A stretch of 64,000 nt of DNA from Octopus sinensis (lineage: Eukaryota): contig NC_042999.1 of NCBI RefSeq assembly GCF_006345805.1, positions 24,366,001-24,430,000 of the forward strand, read 5' to 3'. Numbering within the stretch: position 1 is the stretch's first letter; every line of letters starts with the position of its first letter. A program made the position numbers and the translations under genes. Positions 61,446-64,000 of the stretch are shown here, piece by piece. The notes beneath the pieces were generated by a model. It did no database searches. It was not told the DNA's origin and was given only the letters and a program-made list of their open reading frames with translations.

Positions 61446-61997
61446 CTTTAAACATACATGCATACTTGTAACATGTGTACATCCACATGATCGCAAAATC
61501 ATGGTTTCAATTCAATATGGTTGCAAAATAATATGAGATTGTTCTAGCTGAAATCACAGTTAACAAGAAGCCACAAAACAATAACAAAAACTTTTTTTAA
61601 TTGCTTAAAGAAATGTTTTTTTGTCTTTCTTTTAATTGGTAGCAGCAAGTGCTGAGAGTTTGTTTCCTACTAAAATAAATCTTTCAGAAACATGATGTGA
61701 GATTATCCTTTTTATTTTGTTTACTTTGTCTCTAGGATTTCGAATAAATTTCAGCTGTTCAATGAAACAACAAATTTTAATAAGTTCATTGTTTCTTTTA
61801 TTTATTTTATACATGATTTATGTTCATTTTTATTTGTTTAAAACTCATGAGCAGCTGTCAGTGCATGATATTCAGACTGTTTTATGTTTATTTTTAATTC
61901 CAAAACCTTATTACCAAGAGTATATAAGTAATCAATAGTAGAGAAAGCTACATATAGGAGTTCCTACAAACAGTGTATTATTAACTCCTCTGTGATA

Positions 61998-62385
61998 TCT
62001 TTATATATAAAAGTCAAGTTGTGTGTCTGTCTCCTACGATTTAGATTCCTAACTACTCCCACATTTTGCGGTGCAGTTTAACCAAAACCGGGTATCTTAT
62101 AGTCGTGATTCATATCGAGCCCTTCTGGGTATTAGCATGAGTCTACGATTTTAAAAATAATTTACCATCATTTTTTTCCATTTTAATGCATTTTTTCGCT
62201 ATTATATAAGGGAAGTAACTCTCTAAAAATGTCTCCGATGAGTCAACGATTTAAAAAAAAATTTACCATAATTCTTTTTTCCATTTTTAATGCATTTTTT
62301 TGCTATTTTTTGGCTATAACTCTCTAAAAATGCTTATATAGTTATTTCCCTTACAAACCTGAGCAACGCCGGGCGAAACTGCTAG
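61998..62385 (+). mobile_element. Non-autonomous Helitron family H1
   Basis: A|TCTTTATATATAAAAG ... cctgagcaacgccggg-cgaaactgCTAG|T. Confidence 0.85.
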
Positions 62386-62510
62386 TTACTGTATATTACT
62401 ATGACAGTTAGCAGATGCCTGAGGACTAAGCCTTAACGGACTCCAACCTTAATGCTAATTTTATCACTGAATTCATTATTGAGTCTCGTTTTACTGACTG
62501 TATCTTTGTA

Positions 62511-63835
62511 CAAGGTGGTCTCAAAAAGTTCTCAGTCTAGCTATGTTTAATATAAAAAAAAATAACTTATTTACATAAGTTTTAACATCATCTCCCTCAA
62601 AGTAGTCACCTTGCACTGCAATACACAGTCCCAGCATTCCTGCCACTTATAGAATCTGGCCTGGTAGTCATTTTCTGTGAGTCGAGGACTTCCAGCGCTC
62701 TGCACTGGATATCGACAGTGAGGTTTAAAGTGGCGACCTTTGAGCTGCATTTTCATCTTGGGGAAGAGGTGGAAGTCAGCAGGTGATAGATCTAGTGAAT
62801 AGGTCAGGTGCGGAAGCAATACCATGTTTATGGCAAGAATCTTATGAATGAGGAGAGTTTAGTGACGGATTGCATTGCCATCGTGATCCACAGTTCCAGT
62901 CATTTTCATTGAATGTTCTCCCTCGGATATTTCAAAACGTCACAGTAGAACTCTCAATTGATGGTCTGGCCCTGAGGAACAAATTCTCGATGCACAATAC
63001 CACATTTCCAGGAGTGACACCCATGGCAGGTCTTCCAGATTGCTCATCATCTCCCAGGAACATTTTTCGGATCTTTTCGGTTTGAATGGCAGTTTTTTCT
63101 AGCAGTGTCATATGAAATTGTCACCAATAATTATGACCCTAGAATCGATCTATTGCATTTCAATCTGTTTTAGGGTTAGGAGTGGGGGAAGGGTATCTTT
63201 TTTTCTTCACAAATGTAAATAAACCCAATCTGTTTCTTAAATGAGGGACATATTCATACGGCACAGAATGCTTTTTAACTCAATAGATGTCATTGATTGG
63301 TTGAAATTGCAGAAATTGAAGAAAAAAAAACAACAAATATCTTACAGACTATAGAATTTTCTCAATAAAGCCAAGAGAAAAAGATGTTTTATAAATACAT
63401 TCTACTAGTATACAAAGTTTAAAATTTTTTAGTTACCTAGAAATTATGTTTAAAAACTACCATTCAAACCGAAAAGATCCCATTTTTCTTCTTTTGAAGT
63501 ACCCATGGCCACTTGAAACACTGCATAGAGCCAATTGCCTTGTTGCCGTAATCATGCCAAAGCATGCTCAATGTCCGTGTAGCAGACTTCCCAAGTTTAA
63601 CGCAAAATTTCACATTGGCTCTTTGTTCCTGTTAATGATAAATTCAGACCACAGCATACGCATGATCACAAAAACACAAATTTCCCAACTTGCAAAGTAA
63701 ACACAACAATGTCACTCAGTACACTGCACACTGCCCCACGAAGGTCACTGCTAGCTCTCACTGCGCATGCAACTGTGTGCTGCCATCTGTTGATATGCTA
63801 CAGAACAAGTTCAGGAACTTTTTGATACCACCTCG
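62511..63835 (-). mobile_element. Mariner element with internally deleted, decayed transposase
   Basis: TA-flanked TIRs (caaggtggtctcaaaaagttc / gaactttttgataccacctcg); EQRANVKFCVKLGKSA, DDEQSGRP, HREFVPQGQTIN, YSLDLSPADFHLFPKMK. Confidence 0.9.
63069..63480. mobile_element. MITE with GGATC termini, copy 2, inserted in the mariner
   Basis: Same TIRs and body as 23534-23944; 8-bp TSD catttttc. Confidence 0.85.
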
Positions 63836-64000
63836 TACATAGTTTGTACACCCTGTATAAGCTATTTGTCTTCAACTAATCTCTTTAATGACCAACCAAA
63901 TTACTGAATTACCCTGTCAAAAGGCCTTTACCCAATCGATGAATACCCTGAATAGTGGTTTACTCTCAGCCAAGTATTTCTCCTTCACTTGTCTCACTAG

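Noticed and set aside
61630-61790. Plus-strand exon-like segments with good polypyrimidine tracts
   Set aside because: The first has stops in all frames, the implied intron is only ~40 nt, and the second has a weak donor

Overview
Eukaryotic, AT-rich, microsatellite-saturated DNA with one 100-N assembly gap. The SINE, MITE and LINE repertoire points to a coleoid cephalopod, most likely Octopus (inference from repeat families, not from a database search). No intact host protein-coding gene, rRNA, true tRNA or CRISPR array is supported; almost every long ORF in the track is translated microsatellite. The window is a stack of nested mobile elements. These are three tRNA-derived SINE families (one forming head-plus-tandem-unit arrays), several Penelope-like elements (PLEs) of two types, L1/Tx1-, RTE- and probable R4-like LINE relics, a Gypsy pol with its 3' LTR, a mariner, hAT/piggyBac/mariner/MULE-like MITEs and four non-autonomous Helitrons. 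The most interesting signals: (1) four hammerhead-ribozyme motifs next to PLE sequence, three with non-canonical catalytic cores (one U4C, two A6U) and all with loopless or 1-nt-loop stem III; (2) an asymmetric hairpin element present twice with the same breakpoint; (3) a SINE unit multimerised through one invariant palindromic junction; (4) a CCAAT-TATA-Inr core promoter split by a MITE and bracketed by inverted repeats; (5) several long fold-backs that could make dsRNA; (6) a 30-bp satellite with higher-order structure. Family names for repeats are my labels. Coordinates of degenerate elements are approximate.
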